Shown: in pieces, positions 10,579 through 19,739 of the stretch
Layout: every line of letters begins with the position of its first letter
Numbering within the stretch: the stretch's first letter is position 1
Assembly: GCA_043746875.1 (NCBI GenBank)
Contig: JAYTQE010000046.1
Coordinates: 1 to 50,422 of the forward strand
Origin: Minisyncoccota bacterium
GTDB taxonomy: Bacteria > Patescibacteriota > Minisyncoccia > Phycocordibacterales > UBA9973
Direction: 5' to 3'
Length of the DNA: 50,422 nucleotides
Made by a program: the position numbers and the translations under genes
Notes under the pieces: model-generated
What the model was told of the DNA's origin: nothing
What the model saw: only the letters and a program-made list of their open reading frames with translations
Database searches by the model: none

Positions 10579-11338
10579 AAATTGTTAAAATTTCTGCACC
10601 ATTTTCTGTAATTAAAACGGTGTGCTCAAAATGAGCAGATTTAGAATTATCTATAGTTTTTAACGTATAACCATCTTGCATTAAAACGACATCTTCACTT
10701 CCAAGTGTAATCATAGGTTCTATAGCTATTGCCATCCCTGGAACAAGTTTTGCTCCTTTTCCTTTTTTGCCATAATTGGGGATATATGGATCTTCATGAA
10801 TTTCCCTACCTACACCATGACCAGATAGAACTCTGACTATCCCAAATTTATATGGCTTAATATAAGATTCTATAGCATAACCGATATCTCCAACCGTAGA
10901 TCCTGGTTTGATGCACTGTATTGCTTCATTTAAAGCGTTTTGTGTTACATATATAAGCTCTTTATCTTTTTTATTTATATCCCCTACTCCTATTGTAATT
11001 GCATGATCTAAAAAAACACCTTGATAATTTAAACCTAAATCAAGAGAAATAATATCTCCATTTTTTAAAATTTTATCTTTCGGTATACCATGAACAACTT
11101 CACTATTTATTGATGTAATAAGTGTTGCAGGGTATGGAGTGTCGGCACTGTTTGGTTTATAACCAAGAAATGCTGGTTTACAATTTGCTTTAATTATCAT
11201 TTCATATGCTATAGAGTCTAATTCTTTTGTTGTTATTCCTACTTTTACACTATTTGATACTTGCTTCAAAATACTTGCGAGGATTTTACCTCCTTCTTTC
11301 ATTTTTTTTATTTCTTCTGGAGTTTTTATTATTATCAT
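10577..11338 (-). CDS. map: Methionine aminopeptidase type I
   Basis: 253 aa. Metal-ligand context is HGIP, ISLDLG, GHGVG, IEP, FEHT. Confidence 0.9.
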   Translation of the reverse strand: MIIIKTPEEIKKMKEGGKILASILKQVSNSVKVGITTKELDSIAYEMIIKANCKPAFLGYKPNSADTPYPATLITSINSEVVHGIPKDKILKNGDIISLDLGLNYQGVFLDHAITIGVGDINKKDKELIYVTQNALNEAIQCIKPGSTVGDIGYAIESYIKPYKFGIVRVLSGHGVGREIHEDPYIPNYGKKGKGAKLVPGMAIAIEPMITLGSEDVVLMQDGYTLKTIDNSKSAHFEHTVLITENGAEILTI

Positions 11339-11375
11339 AATAATTATTAACCAATAACTATTTCTACTAAAATTT

Positions 11376-11969
11376 CTAATCTAGATTTAATATTTCACAT
11401 ATATCCCTATGAACAGATTCAATATCTTTTTCTCCTTCAATATTATGAAAAGATATTTCTGAGCTCTGTTGTAATATATTTATGGATGGTTCTACACTTT
11501 CATGGTACCACTGTATTCTCCCCCATACATCTTTTTCATTTTTATCATCAGCTCTGCCTCGAGCTTTTATCCGTTGATATGACCAATCATCAGAAACTTG
11601 TATATTAAATACATATGGATGCCAATCATAAAAAATACATGCTGAAATGAGAACAGGTACTTCATCTGGAACACGAGGGGTTCCGTCTATAATAACTGTT
11701 TTATTTTCCGAGTAATTATAAATTAGATCATGAGCCCACATATGAATACCTAAAAATGGTGGTGGAAGCTTACCTTCAGATGTAAGTAATTTTACTTTTT
11801 TTGATGTAAATGTATCTTCCTTAATTAAAGATCTGAAATGATTTCCGACCTCAAGATATAAAATATCTTTTTTTTCAATAGAATTTTCTATTTTATTTTT
11901 TAAAAGTTTTGCTTGTGTTCCTTTACCGGCACCTGATTGTCCGATAAAAATATAAACATCTTTTTTCAT
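11376..11969 (-). CDS. adk: Adenylate kinase (short-lid type, divergent)
   Basis: P-loop GQSGAGKGTQ, IIDGTPR, RGRADDK. Lies in the canonical secY-adk-map position. Confidence 0.8.
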   Translation of the reverse strand: MKKDVYIFIGQSGAGKGTQAKLLKNKIENSIEKKDILYLEVGNHFRSLIKEDTFTSKKVKLLTSEGKLPPPFLGIHMWAHDLIYNYSENKTVIIDGTPRVPDEVPVLISACIFYDWHPYVFNIQVSDDWSYQRIKARGRADDKNEKDVWGRIQWYHESVEPSINILQQSSEISFHNIEGEKDIESVHRDICEILNLD

Positions 11970-11994
11970 TTTTATATTATATCACTAAGCGTGA

Positions 11995-13266
11995 TTAATA
12001 TTCAGTCATTGCAACTTGTGCGTCAACACGTCTTATTAAGTCTATAACTACAGAAACTGTAATAAGAAGAGAAGTTCCACCCAGTGCAAATGCTGTAATC
12101 CCTGTAGTACTTGTAATAATAAGAGGTAAAACAGCTACAATTCCCAAAAAGACTGAACCAACTAAAGTAATTTTTGTTACTATGTCAGATATATGATTAT
12201 TCGTAGAATCTCCTGGTCTTATCCCTGGGACAAAAGCTCCATTTTTTTGGAGATTTGTTGATATTTGTTTTGGATCAAATGTTACGGCTGTATAAAAATA
12301 TGTAAATAAAACAACAAGTAAGAAGTAAACTATAGAATACATGACTGTATTATTTAGAAAAGAAGTCAGAGAATTACCTATACTTTGTAAAATACTAGAT
12401 TTAGCTGTTGCTAAAAATCCTGATAAAAACTGCGGAAATAACAACAAAGAAGAAGCGAAAATTATAGGCATAACACCTGCTTGTGTTAAACGTAGTGGTA
12501 AATATGTATCAGTTCCACCAATAGTACGTACACCTCTTATTTCTCTTGCATACGTTATTTTAATAGGTCTCTCTGCTTCATATACATAAACAATTCCAGT
12601 TATTACAACTAGTGAAAATACAAAAAATACAATTATTGTAGGAATTTGATCTGGTGTAACTGTAAATAAAAACTGAGAAATATTTGTTGGAATTTGAGCT
12701 ACTATACCAGCCATAATTATAAGAGAGCTTCCATTTCCTATTCCAAATTCATTTACAAGTTCAGCTAACCACAAAAGAAGCATTGCTCCTCCAACTATAA
12801 TTATTATATTAGTAATCAAAGAATCTAAAGAAAGAGGTCCTATTGCTCCTTGGCTTTGTAGATATTTAATGAAAGTAAAAGCCTGTAATGCTCCTATAGG
12901 AACAGTTAATAATCTAGAGTATTGATTAAATTTTTGACGTCCAGCTTCACCTCCGTCTTGCATCATTTCTTTCAACTTAGGATACATCATTGAAAGTAAT
13001 TGCATTATTATGGAAGCAGTAATAAATGGACCAATTCCAAGCATTACTATTGAGAAAGAAGATAGTCCTCCACCAGACAATACATTAAATAAACCTAAGA
13101 ACTGATTTCCCTCTAAAAATTGACTCAATTTTGTTGTATCTATTCCTGGAACAGGAATTGCAGCAAGAAAACGAAATACAAAAAATACTCCTATAACAAA
13201 AAGAATTTTGTTTCTAAGAGTTTTCTCTGTAAATAAGGTTAAAAATTTTTTAAAAAAAGAATTCAT
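11995..13266 (-). CDS. secY: Preprotein translocase subunit SecY
   Basis: 423 aa, about 10 TM segments, conserved GIGPFITASII plug/TM2 region; operon position after rplO. Confidence 0.95.
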   Translation of the reverse strand: MNSFFKKFLTLFTEKTLRNKILFVIGVFFVFRFLAAIPVPGIDTTKLSQFLEGNQFLGLFNVLSGGGLSSFSIVMLGIGPFITASIIMQLLSMMYPKLKEMMQDGGEAGRQKFNQYSRLLTVPIGALQAFTFIKYLQSQGAIGPLSLDSLITNIIIIVGGAMLLLWLAELVNEFGIGNGSSLIIMAGIVAQIPTNISQFLFTVTPDQIPTIIVFFVFSLVVITGIVYVYEAERPIKITYAREIRGVRTIGGTDTYLPLRLTQAGVMPIIFASSLLLFPQFLSGFLATAKSSILQSIGNSLTSFLNNTVMYSIVYFLLVVLFTYFYTAVTFDPKQISTNLQKNGAFVPGIRPGDSTNNHISDIVTKITLVGSVFLGIVAVLPLIITSTTGITAFALGGTSLLITVSVVIDLIRRVDAQVAMTEY

Positions 13267-13277
13267 TTTTGTAATTT

Positions 13278-13712
13278 TTAATATATCTTTCCTCCAGCAT
13301 TTTCAATTTTTTGTTTTGCTGAATCAGATATTTGGCAATCGTATATAGAGATTGCATGTTTTATATCTCCTTTTGCTAAAATTTTAACATTAGATACAAC
13401 CCCTTTTGATCTACGTATTAATTTTTTATTTAAAAGAATAGATGGTGAAACTATAGATCCTGCTGGAAAATTAATAGCTAATATAGCGACATTAATAGTA
13501 TTTGGAGAAATTTTAAAAGCTCTATTTATATTCTTACCTCTTCCTCTTAGTTTAGGAAGTTTTTTAATAATATCTCTTATATGAGGTCTGATACGGTGTC
13601 CAGCACGAGCTTTTTGTCCTTTTGTTCCGCGACCAGAAGTTTTACCACGAACACCTCCGCGCCCAACCAATTTACTCTTTTTATTTTCTGTTTTTCTTTT
13701 TAATTCAATCAT
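13278..13712 (-). CDS. rplO: 50S ribosomal protein L15
   Basis: GRGGVRGKTSGRGTKGQKAR N-terminal motif. Confidence 0.9.
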   Translation of the reverse strand: MIELKRKTENKKSKLVGRGGVRGKTSGRGTKGQKARAGHRIRPHIRDIIKKLPKLRGRGKNINRAFKISPNTINVAILAINFPAGSIVSPSILLNKKLIRRSKGVVSNVKILAKGDIKHAISIYDCQISDSAKQKIENAGGKIY

Positions 13713-13717
13713 AAAAA

Positions 13718-14317
13718 TTATTTATCTTTATCATTATCTAAATTTACAACTACAGGAGCTTCAACTTTGGCTCCAAAAATATATTTAGTACTTATTCCAG
13801 AAAGCGCTTTCATAGCAGCTCTTGCAGTATTTAATTTATTCTTACTTCCAGAAATAACCTTTCCAGAAATATCTTTCATTCCAGAAATAACTGCTATATC
13901 CCTAAGGGCAGCTCCTGCTACAAGACCTTTACCATTATTTGGGAAAAACATAACCTTTGAAGAACAATATTTTGCTGAAACATCGTATGCTATAGAATTA
14001 GAGTCTGTACGATTAATTTTTATAGCGTTCTTTTTAGCATCCTTAAGAGCTTTTGCTATAGCAAGAGCTGTATCATTTCCTTTTCCTGTACCAAGTCCTA
14101 CAACACCTTTTTTATCACCTATTAACATAGAAACAGCAAAACTCATTCTTCTTCCTCCTGCTACTACACGTGTAACTCTTCTTATATCTAGAATTTTTTG
14201 GTCCACATCTTTTACTCTATCTCCAAAACTCTTTCCTCCTTGACGAGGTGCTCTACGATTGAATGTTTTTTCTTTAGAAGCTTCAGTATTATTTTGTGTT
14301 TTTGTTGTAGTAGTCAT
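13718..14317 (-). CDS. rpsE: 30S ribosomal protein S5 (N-terminal extension)
   Basis: VTRVVAGGRRMSFAVSMLIGDKKGVVGLGTGKG core. Confidence 0.9.
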   Translation of the reverse strand: MTTTTKTQNNTEASKEKTFNRRAPRQGGKSFGDRVKDVDQKILDIRRVTRVVAGGRRMSFAVSMLIGDKKGVVGLGTGKGNDTALAIAKALKDAKKNAIKINRTDSNSIAYDVSAKYCSSKVMFFPNNGKGLVAGAALRDIAVISGMKDISGKVISGSKNKLNTARAAMKALSGISTKYIFGAKVEAPVVVNLDNDKDK

Positions 14318-14323
14318 AAAAAA

Positions 14324-14671
14324 TTAAAAGTTAAGTCCTCCTTCTCTTGCTGAATCAGCAAAGGCTTTGATTCGACCAGAATATTTAAAACCATTGCGAT
14401 CAAAAACAACACTATCTATTCCTTTTGTTTTTGCTAACTTTGCTAACTCTGCTCCTAAAATAATAGCACTTTGTACTTTTGTACCATTTTTCTTATTAAG
14501 ATCATTTACTGAAATTAATGTATTATGAGCATCATCATTTATTAATTGAGCATAAAGAAAATTATTAGATCGAAAAACACTAAGTCGTGGCCTATTTTCT
14601 GTACCAGAAATTGTTGAACGAATCTTTCGTTTAATGCGTAATCTTTTTTGTTGTGTTGTTTGTCGTGACAT
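14324..14671 (-). CDS. rplR: 50S ribosomal protein L18
   Basis: RPRLSVFRSNNFLYAQLI motif. ATG at 14671 is preferred; the track start 14725 is a GTG overlapping rplF. Confidence 0.9.
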   Translation of the reverse strand: MSRQTTQQKRLRIKRKIRSTISGTENRPRLSVFRSNNFLYAQLINDDAHNTLISVNDLNKKNGTKVQSAIILGAELAKLAKTKGIDSVVFDRNGFKYSGRIKAFADSAREGGLNF

Positions 14672-14681
14672 ATATTTTTTA

Positions 14682-15215
14682 TTATGCAGTTTTCTTACCA
14701 GCTTTGCGACGAATAATTTCATCACTATAACGAAAACCTTTACCCTTATAAGGTTCTGGTTTCTTTAAAGCTCTTACTTTTGCTGAAAATTGACCTACTG
14801 ATTCTTTGTCTATGCCTGAAATATTAATATTATTTTTCTCTGCTGTTACTGTAAGTCCTTCTGGAATTGAAACTATAACTGGGTGAGAAAAACCAAGAGC
14901 TAAATTTAAATCTGTTCCCTTTACTTCACTTTTAAAACCAACTCCTTCTAATATTAATTTTTTTGCATAAGGAGTATTAACACCAGCAATCATATTTTTT
15001 ACATGAGAGGCATATGTACCCCAAATAGCCTTAGAAAATGGGTCTTCTTTTTTTGGCTTAAAACTAACAATATTATCTAGAATAGTAATTTCAATATGAT
15101 CAGAAAATTGTTTTTTAAGAGTTCCAAGAGGACCCTTTACACTTAGGATACCATTTGTAAAGTTTACTTCTGTATTTTCTGGTATAACCAGTTGTTGTTT
15201 TCCTACTCTACTCAT
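14682..15215 (-). CDS. rplF: 50S ribosomal protein L6
   Basis: MSRVGKQ N-terminus from ATG 15215; the track start 15227 is a TTG overlapping rpsH. Confidence 0.9.
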   Translation of the reverse strand: MSRVGKQQLVIPENTEVNFTNGILSVKGPLGTLKKQFSDHIEITILDNIVSFKPKKEDPFSKAIWGTYASHVKNMIAGVNTPYAKKLILEGVGFKSEVKGTDLNLALGFSHPVIVSIPEGLTVTAEKNNINISGIDKESVGQFSAKVRALKKPEPYKGKGFRYSDEIIRRKAGKKTA

Positions 15216-15220
15216 ATATT

Positions 15221-15616
15221 TTACCAAATCATAAATAATGCTTCTCCTCCGACCATTTCCTTACGAGCTTGTTTATCTGTCAAGATTCCTTTTGGAGTAG
15301 ACATGACCATTATACCGTGACCATTTTTAACCGGACGTAAATCGTGAACACCCAAGTACATACGTCTTGAGGGTTTTGAAACACGAAGAACATCATTTAT
15401 TTTAGATACAGAATTATCATAAGCTAAAGAAATCTCTAGAACAGAAACATTGTTTTTTTCTGTTTTTTTAGAAACCTCTTTTATAAAACCTGAATCTTTA
15501 AGACATTGAGCTATTGAATATTTTAATTTTGAAAAAGGAATTACCACAGTTTGCTTTGAAACCATAGCTCCATTCTTCATACTTATTATCATGTTTGAAA
15601 TTGGATCTGTAACCAT
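15221..15616 (-). CDS. rpsH: 30S ribosomal protein S8
   Basis: DPISNMI...NG N-terminal motif, 131 aa. Confidence 0.9.
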   Translation of the reverse strand: MVTDPISNMIISMKNGAMVSKQTVVIPFSKLKYSIAQCLKDSGFIKEVSKKTEKNNVSVLEISLAYDNSVSKINDVLRVSKPSRRMYLGVHDLRPVKNGHGIMVMSTPKGILTDKQARKEMVGGEALFMIW

Positions 15617-15617
15617 A

Positions 15618-15803
15618 TTACCAAGACGACTTACGAATACCCGGAATCATACCTTCATTAGCAAATTCCCTAAAACAAATACGACACAAACCAAAATCAC
15701 GCATAAAACCATGCCTTCTTCCACAACGAAAACAGCGATTAACCGCTCTTGTACTAAATTTAGGCGTTTTTTTTGAACGCGCAATAACTGATGTTTTTGC
15801 CAT
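15618..15803 (-). CDS. rpsN: 30S ribosomal protein S14, zinc-binding type Z (61 aa)
   Basis: CxxC...CxxC pattern (RCFRCGR...LCRICFRE). Confidence 0.9.
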   Translation of the reverse strand: MAKTSVIARSKKTPKFSTRAVNRCFRCGRRHGFMRDFGLCRICFREFANEGMIPGIRKSSW

Positions 15804-15899
15804 ATTATTTTACTTCATTAAAATATCACCTCTTTCTTCCTGTTTCATCGGATTTCTCCGGTGCACAGAGAGCCCGAGGGATTTCAATGTAGTCCAAAC

Positions 15900-15928
15900 A
15901 TCCTAACAGAATAACTCTTTAGAGTCAA
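15900..15928 (-). promoter_or_regulatory. Candidate promoter re-starting transcription before rpsN
   Basis: Minus-strand TTGACT (15928-15923), 17-nt spacer, TAGGAT (15905-15900). Sits just downstream of the terminator of the inserted gene. Confidence 0.35.
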
Positions 15929-15930
15929 AT

Positions 15931-15962
15931 AAAAAGAAATCCCCTTTAGGGGGATTTTTTTA
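15931..15962 (-). terminator. Rho-independent terminator of inserted gene 15960-16658
   Basis: Minus strand reads aaaaaatccccc-taaa-ggggatttcttttt; overlaps the stop codon. Confidence 0.75.
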
Positions 15963-16658
15963 ATTTAATTCTATTAATTTTTCTTTTTTTCTAGAATTAG
16001 TAATTTTTTCTTTTTCGATATTCATAAGAGCTTCATAGTCTAGTTTATATTCTTTTAGGGCTTTTAATTTTAAGTTATTTTTAAAAAGATTAATTTTTTT
16101 TTCTTTTTCCTCTAACTTGCCATTTGGTAAAACCCTTAAATAATGAGCTTGTTTTTGTGCTAATGTGCTAACTTTTGCAATAGTACCTAAAACAACAGCT
16201 TCATGAATTTTAATTAAAACTACTTCAGACTTTAATCTTTTTTCTATTTTTTTTGATTTAAAATAGATTTTTGTTGTCTTTTTTGAATTTTCTTTTAATT
16301 CTAAAGTAAGAATAGTTTCTTCAAAATCTCTACTGAGATTTAAAACTTGATCAAAATGTTGATAATCTTTAATCTGTTTAATTAGTACATTTGAAACCAT
16401 ATTTATAAAAACATGTATTTCTGAATCTTCTTCTTTGTAATGATTCCAAAAATCTAGAATTTTTTTATAAGATATATTATAAACAGGACTACTTAGATCT
16501 AAAATATCACAAACATATTGATACCTTAGACGCATTATTGTCTTATTTTTGATTTTATTATCAAATCTAAAATAAAACATAATAACCAATAAGAAAATAA
16601 TGACTGGGTAAAGAACGAAATTATATTCCATAAAATGTATTTTTTCTTTATAATACAT
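15960..16658 (-). CDS. Hypothetical membrane-anchored protein (232 aa) inserted between rplE and rpsN
   Basis: ATG start. One N-terminal hydrophobic helix (FVLYPVIIFLLVIMFYF), then a Lys/Glu-rich, probably coiled-coil tail. No motif recognised. Confidence 0.5.
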   Translation of the reverse strand: MYYKEKIHFMEYNFVLYPVIIFLLVIMFYFRFDNKIKNKTIMRLRYQYVCDILDLSSPVYNISYKKILDFWNHYKEEDSEIHVFINMVSNVLIKQIKDYQHFDQVLNLSRDFEETILTLELKENSKKTTKIYFKSKKIEKRLKSEVVLIKIHEAVVLGTIAKVSTLAQKQAHYLRVLPNGKLEEKEKKINLFKNNLKLKALKEYKLDYEALMNIEKEKITNSRKKEKLIELN

Positions 16659-16667
16659 TATAATATA

Positions 16668-16723
16668 ATTTAGTCAATATAAAAACCGTTTTTACGTAAA
16701 AACGGTTTTTATATTGACTAAAT
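16668..16723. repeat. 56-nt perfect palindrome (28-nt arms, centre acgt) between rplE stop and the inserted gene start
   Basis: atttagtcaatataaaaaccgttttta|cgtaaaaacggtttttatattgactaaat read directly. No flanking U-tract on either strand. Confidence 0.9.
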
Positions 16724-16730
16724 ACTAGAT

Positions 16731-17267
16731 TTATTTTTTAAATGGTATACCTAAGTGTTCAAAAAATGCAGTTGCCTCTACTTTATTCTTAGCTGAAGAT
16801 ACCAAAGTTATAGCAAATCCAAAAACATCTTTAAGGTCTTCATCCGCTGTTTCTGGAAAAATTGTATGCTCTTTTATTCCAAGAGTCATATTTCCTATAT
16901 CATCTACTGATTTTTTATTGATACCACGGAAATCTTTTGTTCGAGGAATAGCAACATGAATAAGTTTATCCAAAAAGTGATACATGCGAGCACCTCTAAG
17001 TGTAATAGATACACCAATAGGATCGCCTTCTCTAACCTTAAAACTAGCAACTGATTTTTTTGCACTTCTAAGAGAAGACTTCTGACCTGTAATCTTTGTT
17101 AGTCGATCCATAACTAAATTATTTTTGTCTTTATCTTTTTTTATTCCACTACCAGTTCCACTAGAAACAACTATTTTCATAAGTCTTGGTGCTGCCAATT
17201 TTGCTTTGTAATCAAAAGTACTTAATGATTTAAATGTTTCTTCTTGTTTTTGTTTAGTAATTTTCAT
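16731..17267 (-). CDS. rplE: 50S ribosomal protein L5
   Basis: PRLMKIVVSSGTG...FRGI...GNMTLGIKEH. Confidence 0.9.
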   Translation of the reverse strand: MKITKQKQEETFKSLSTFDYKAKLAAPRLMKIVVSSGTGSGIKKDKDKNNLVMDRLTKITGQKSSLRSAKKSVASFKVREGDPIGVSITLRGARMYHFLDKLIHVAIPRTKDFRGINKKSVDDIGNMTLGIKEHTIFPETADEDLKDVFGFAITLVSSAKNKVEATAFFEHLGIPFKK

Positions 17268-17277
17268 AAATATAAAA

Positions 17278-17577
17278 TTATTTTATTTCATCTCCTGTTG
17301 TCTTAGCAATACGAACCATTTTGCCGTCAATATTTTTTTTACCAATACGAGTAGGTTTATTGTTTGAATCGAGAACCATAACGTTTGATGAATGAAAAGA
17401 AACTTCTCTTTCAACGATAGATCCTTTTTCATTTCTATTTTTTGGTTTTATGTGAACCTTCATTTTGTTTACACCTTCAACAATAATCCTTTCTCCAAGA
17501 ACTTTTGTAATTTTACCTTTGGTACCTTTATTTTTACCAGCTGTAACTATTATATTGTCTCCTTTTTTGATTTTCAT
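17278..17577 (-). CDS. rplX: 50S ribosomal protein L24
   Basis: MKIKKGDNIIVTAGKNKGTKGKI (KOW motif). Confidence 0.9.
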   Translation of the reverse strand: MKIKKGDNIIVTAGKNKGTKGKITKVLGERIIVEGVNKMKVHIKPKNRNEKGSIVEREVSFHSSNVMVLDSNNKPTRIGKKNIDGKMVRIAKTTGDEIK

Positions 17578-17581
17578 AAAA

Positions 17582-17953
17582 TTATAAAACCTCTGGTGCT
17601 AATGAAACTATTTTTTGGTAACCTAGTTCTCCTATCTCTCTAGGTATAGGACCAAATATTCGACCAGCTTTTGGTTCTTTTTTTCCTTTATCAATAATAA
17701 CAACAGCGTTATCATCAAAACGAATATATGAACCATCTTTTCTTCTAAATGCATTTTTTTGTCTTACAACAACAGCATAACAAACATCTTTTTTCTTAAC
17801 AGCCTTTCTAGGTTCAGCAACCTTAATAGAAAGAACTACGAGGTCTCCTATACCTGCATAGCGACGTTTTGAACCACCAAGAACTTTAAAAATCTTGCCG
17901 ATCTTACCTCCGCCATTGTCTGTTATTTTAACTATTGATCCATCTTGTAACAT
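17582..17953 (-). CDS. rplN: 50S ribosomal protein L14
   Basis: MLQDGSIVKITDNGG...GDLVVLSIK...RFDDNAVV. Confidence 0.95.
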   Translation of the reverse strand: MLQDGSIVKITDNGGGKIGKIFKVLGGSKRRYAGIGDLVVLSIKVAEPRKAVKKKDVCYAVVVRQKNAFRRKDGSYIRFDDNAVVIIDKGKKEPKAGRIFGPIPREIGELGYQKIVSLAPEVL

Positions 17954-17957
17954 ATAA

Positions 17958-18215
17958 TTATATTAAATTATCTTTAATTACTTCAAAATGCTTATCTTTC
18001 GACAAAGGGCGTGTTTGGCGTAAACTTACAGTATCACCAACTTTTGATTGGTTGTTTTCATCATGAGCTTTAAACTTTTTTGTAATTTTAAGATATTTTT
18101 TGTATTTATCATGTTTTACAAAACGAGTTACAGAAACAACAACAGTCTTATCCATTTTGTCTGACACTACTATGCCTTTCAATATTTTATTTTTATTTGT
18201 TTCTGTAGAAATCAT
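17958..18215 (-). CDS. rpsQ: 30S ribosomal protein S17
   Basis: [18 protein letters not shown]...HDENN...GD.V....RPLSK. Confidence 0.9.
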   Translation of the reverse strand: MISTETNKNKILKGIVVSDKMDKTVVVSVTRFVKHDKYKKYLKITKKFKAHDENNQSKVGDTVSLRQTRPLSKDKHFEVIKDNLI

Positions 18216-18271
18216 ATGAATTATGTATATTACTTATTTTTTTACTTTTGTCGACCTTTTTTATTTATTAT

Positions 18272-18688
18272 TTAAATTCTCTCTACGATTCTAGTCTTTA
18301 TAGGGAGTTTTGTTCCTGCTTTCCTCAATGCTTCTTTTGCAACAGCAATATCTACACCATCTACTTCAAATATAATACGTCCTGGTAAAACCTCTACGGA
18401 ATAACCATCAAGATCACCTTTACCTCCACCCATGGGAACTTCTGCTGGTTTTGATGTAAATGGTCTGTCTGGAAATACTCTAATCCACATACGCCCAATT
18501 TTTGTTAAATGTCTTGATGCTGCTTTTCTAGCTGCTTCAATTTGATTTGATGTAAGTCTACCTAATGTTTCTGCTTTCAAACCATAAGAACCAAAAGAAA
18601 CAGTTGTTCCACGTGTTTCTACACGAGAACTCATATCGGTACGTTTCTTTTGCCATTTTCTAAATTTTACTTTTTTTGGAAATAACAT
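18272..18688 (-). CDS. rplP: 50S ribosomal protein L16
   Basis: MLFPKKVKFRKWQK...IEAARKA...MGGGKG. Confidence 0.95.
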   Translation of the reverse strand: MLFPKKVKFRKWQKKRTDMSSRVETRGTTVSFGSYGLKAETLGRLTSNQIEAARKAASRHLTKIGRMWIRVFPDRPFTSKPAEVPMGGGKGDLDGYSVEVLPGRIIFEVDGVDIAVAKEALRKAGTKLPIKTRIVERI

Positions 18689-18694
18689 GGTATT

Positions 18695-19360
18695 TTATTT
18701 ATTTTCTTCTTTATTAAAAACTTGACCTTTATAAATCCAAACCTTAATCCCTATTCCTCCATAAGCAAGCCTAGCTGTCTCACGAGCATAATCAATATCA
18801 GCACGAAATGTTTGTAGAGGAATTGATCCACGCTTCAAAACTTCACTTCTTGAAATCTCTGCGCCCCCAAGTCTTCCTCCTAGGTAAAATTTAACACCGT
18901 GAACACCTCGAACAGCCATAACTTTTTCTATCAATTGTTTCATTACTCTACGATATGGGAGTCTTTTTTCCAAACCTTCAGCTATCATATATGCTACTAT
19001 TTTTGCATCAGCATCAGGATTTGCTACTTCTAAAATTTCAATTTTTATATCATCAATTACTTCTAATTTTGCTCTTTTAATAGCCTTAACTAGATCAGCT
19101 TTTAATTTAACTGCTCCTTCTCCGTTACGACCAATAATCATTCCCGGTCTAGAAGTACGTAGTATAACCTTTATTGCTTTTTGACCTCGTTCAATTTCAA
19201 CACTTGAAACATAAGATCCTCTAAGTTTCTTTGTCAAAAATTCACGAATAATAACATCTACTGATAAGTTTTTTACATAATCTTTTGTAGCAAACCAGCG
19301 TGATTTCCAATCACGAAGTATTACAAGTCTATGAGCATATGGATGGACTACTTTTGACAT
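18695..19360 (-). CDS. rpsC: 30S ribosomal protein S3
   Basis: KH-domain GMIIGRNGEG and the C-terminal GRLGGAEI motif. Confidence 0.95.
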   Translation of the reverse strand: MSKVVHPYAHRLVILRDWKSRWFATKDYVKNLSVDVIIREFLTKKLRGSYVSSVEIERGQKAIKVILRTSRPGMIIGRNGEGAVKLKADLVKAIKRAKLEVIDDIKIEILEVANPDADAKIVAYMIAEGLEKRLPYRRVMKQLIEKVMAVRGVHGVKFYLGGRLGGAEISRSEVLKRGSIPLQTFRADIDYARETARLAYGGIGIKVWIYKGQVFNKEENK

Positions 19361-19362
19361 AA

Positions 19363-19722
19363 TTATTTTTTATTTATTTTAGATTTCTTATTTTTAAGGA
19401 TAGTAGGAGCTAAGGTTACGACAACATGACTAGTTCTTTTATTAATAGGTTTTGCTACACCCATAGCTCTAGGCATAGAACGTTTTAAAACAATTCCTTT
19501 ATTTACTTCTATATTTTTAATAATAAGAGTATTTGTATCAATTCCAACATTTGCTGCATTTGCAGCTGCACTTTTTATAAGCTTAGACATTGGCTCTGAA
19601 CCACGCTTAACCATATAAGCAAGTACAGAATCAGCATTTGCCAAAGTTTTACCTTTTACAGCATTTGCTACAAGTCGAACCTTTCTTGGTGATTGTCTAT
19701 AGTTAGTAATTGATGCTTTCAT
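19363..19722 (-). CDS. rplV: 50S ribosomal protein L22
   Basis: YRQSPRKVRLVA...RAMG....I.KRTSH. Confidence 0.9.
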   Translation of the reverse strand: MKASITNYRQSPRKVRLVANAVKGKTLANADSVLAYMVKRGSEPMSKLIKSAAANAANVGIDTNTLIIKNIEVNKGIVLKRSMPRAMGVAKPINKRTSHVVVTLAPTILKNKKSKINKK

Positions 19723-19739
19723 AATAATTTAAATTAAAC

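Noticed and set aside
13767-14243. Long antisense ORFs inside well-supported genes (for example 13767-14243, 5248-5595, 1881-2282, 36289-36609, 41952-42269, 38672-38902, 12341-12589, 362-550, 758-1021)
   Set aside because: Each lies entirely within a conserved or clearly coding gene on the opposite strand and has low-complexity or odd composition with no motifs. They are typical shadow ORFs of an AT-rich genome.
15804-15833. Two-codon mini-ORF (ATG AAG TAA, 15818-15810) with an upstream GAGGTGA, 6 nt before and in frame with the rpsN ATG, as a start-stop/reinitiation device
   Set aside because: Genes in this window generally lack Shine-Dalgarno elements, so reading GAGGTGA as an RBS is not justified. 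ATG-NNN-TAA strings are expected by chance in such AT-rich sequence.
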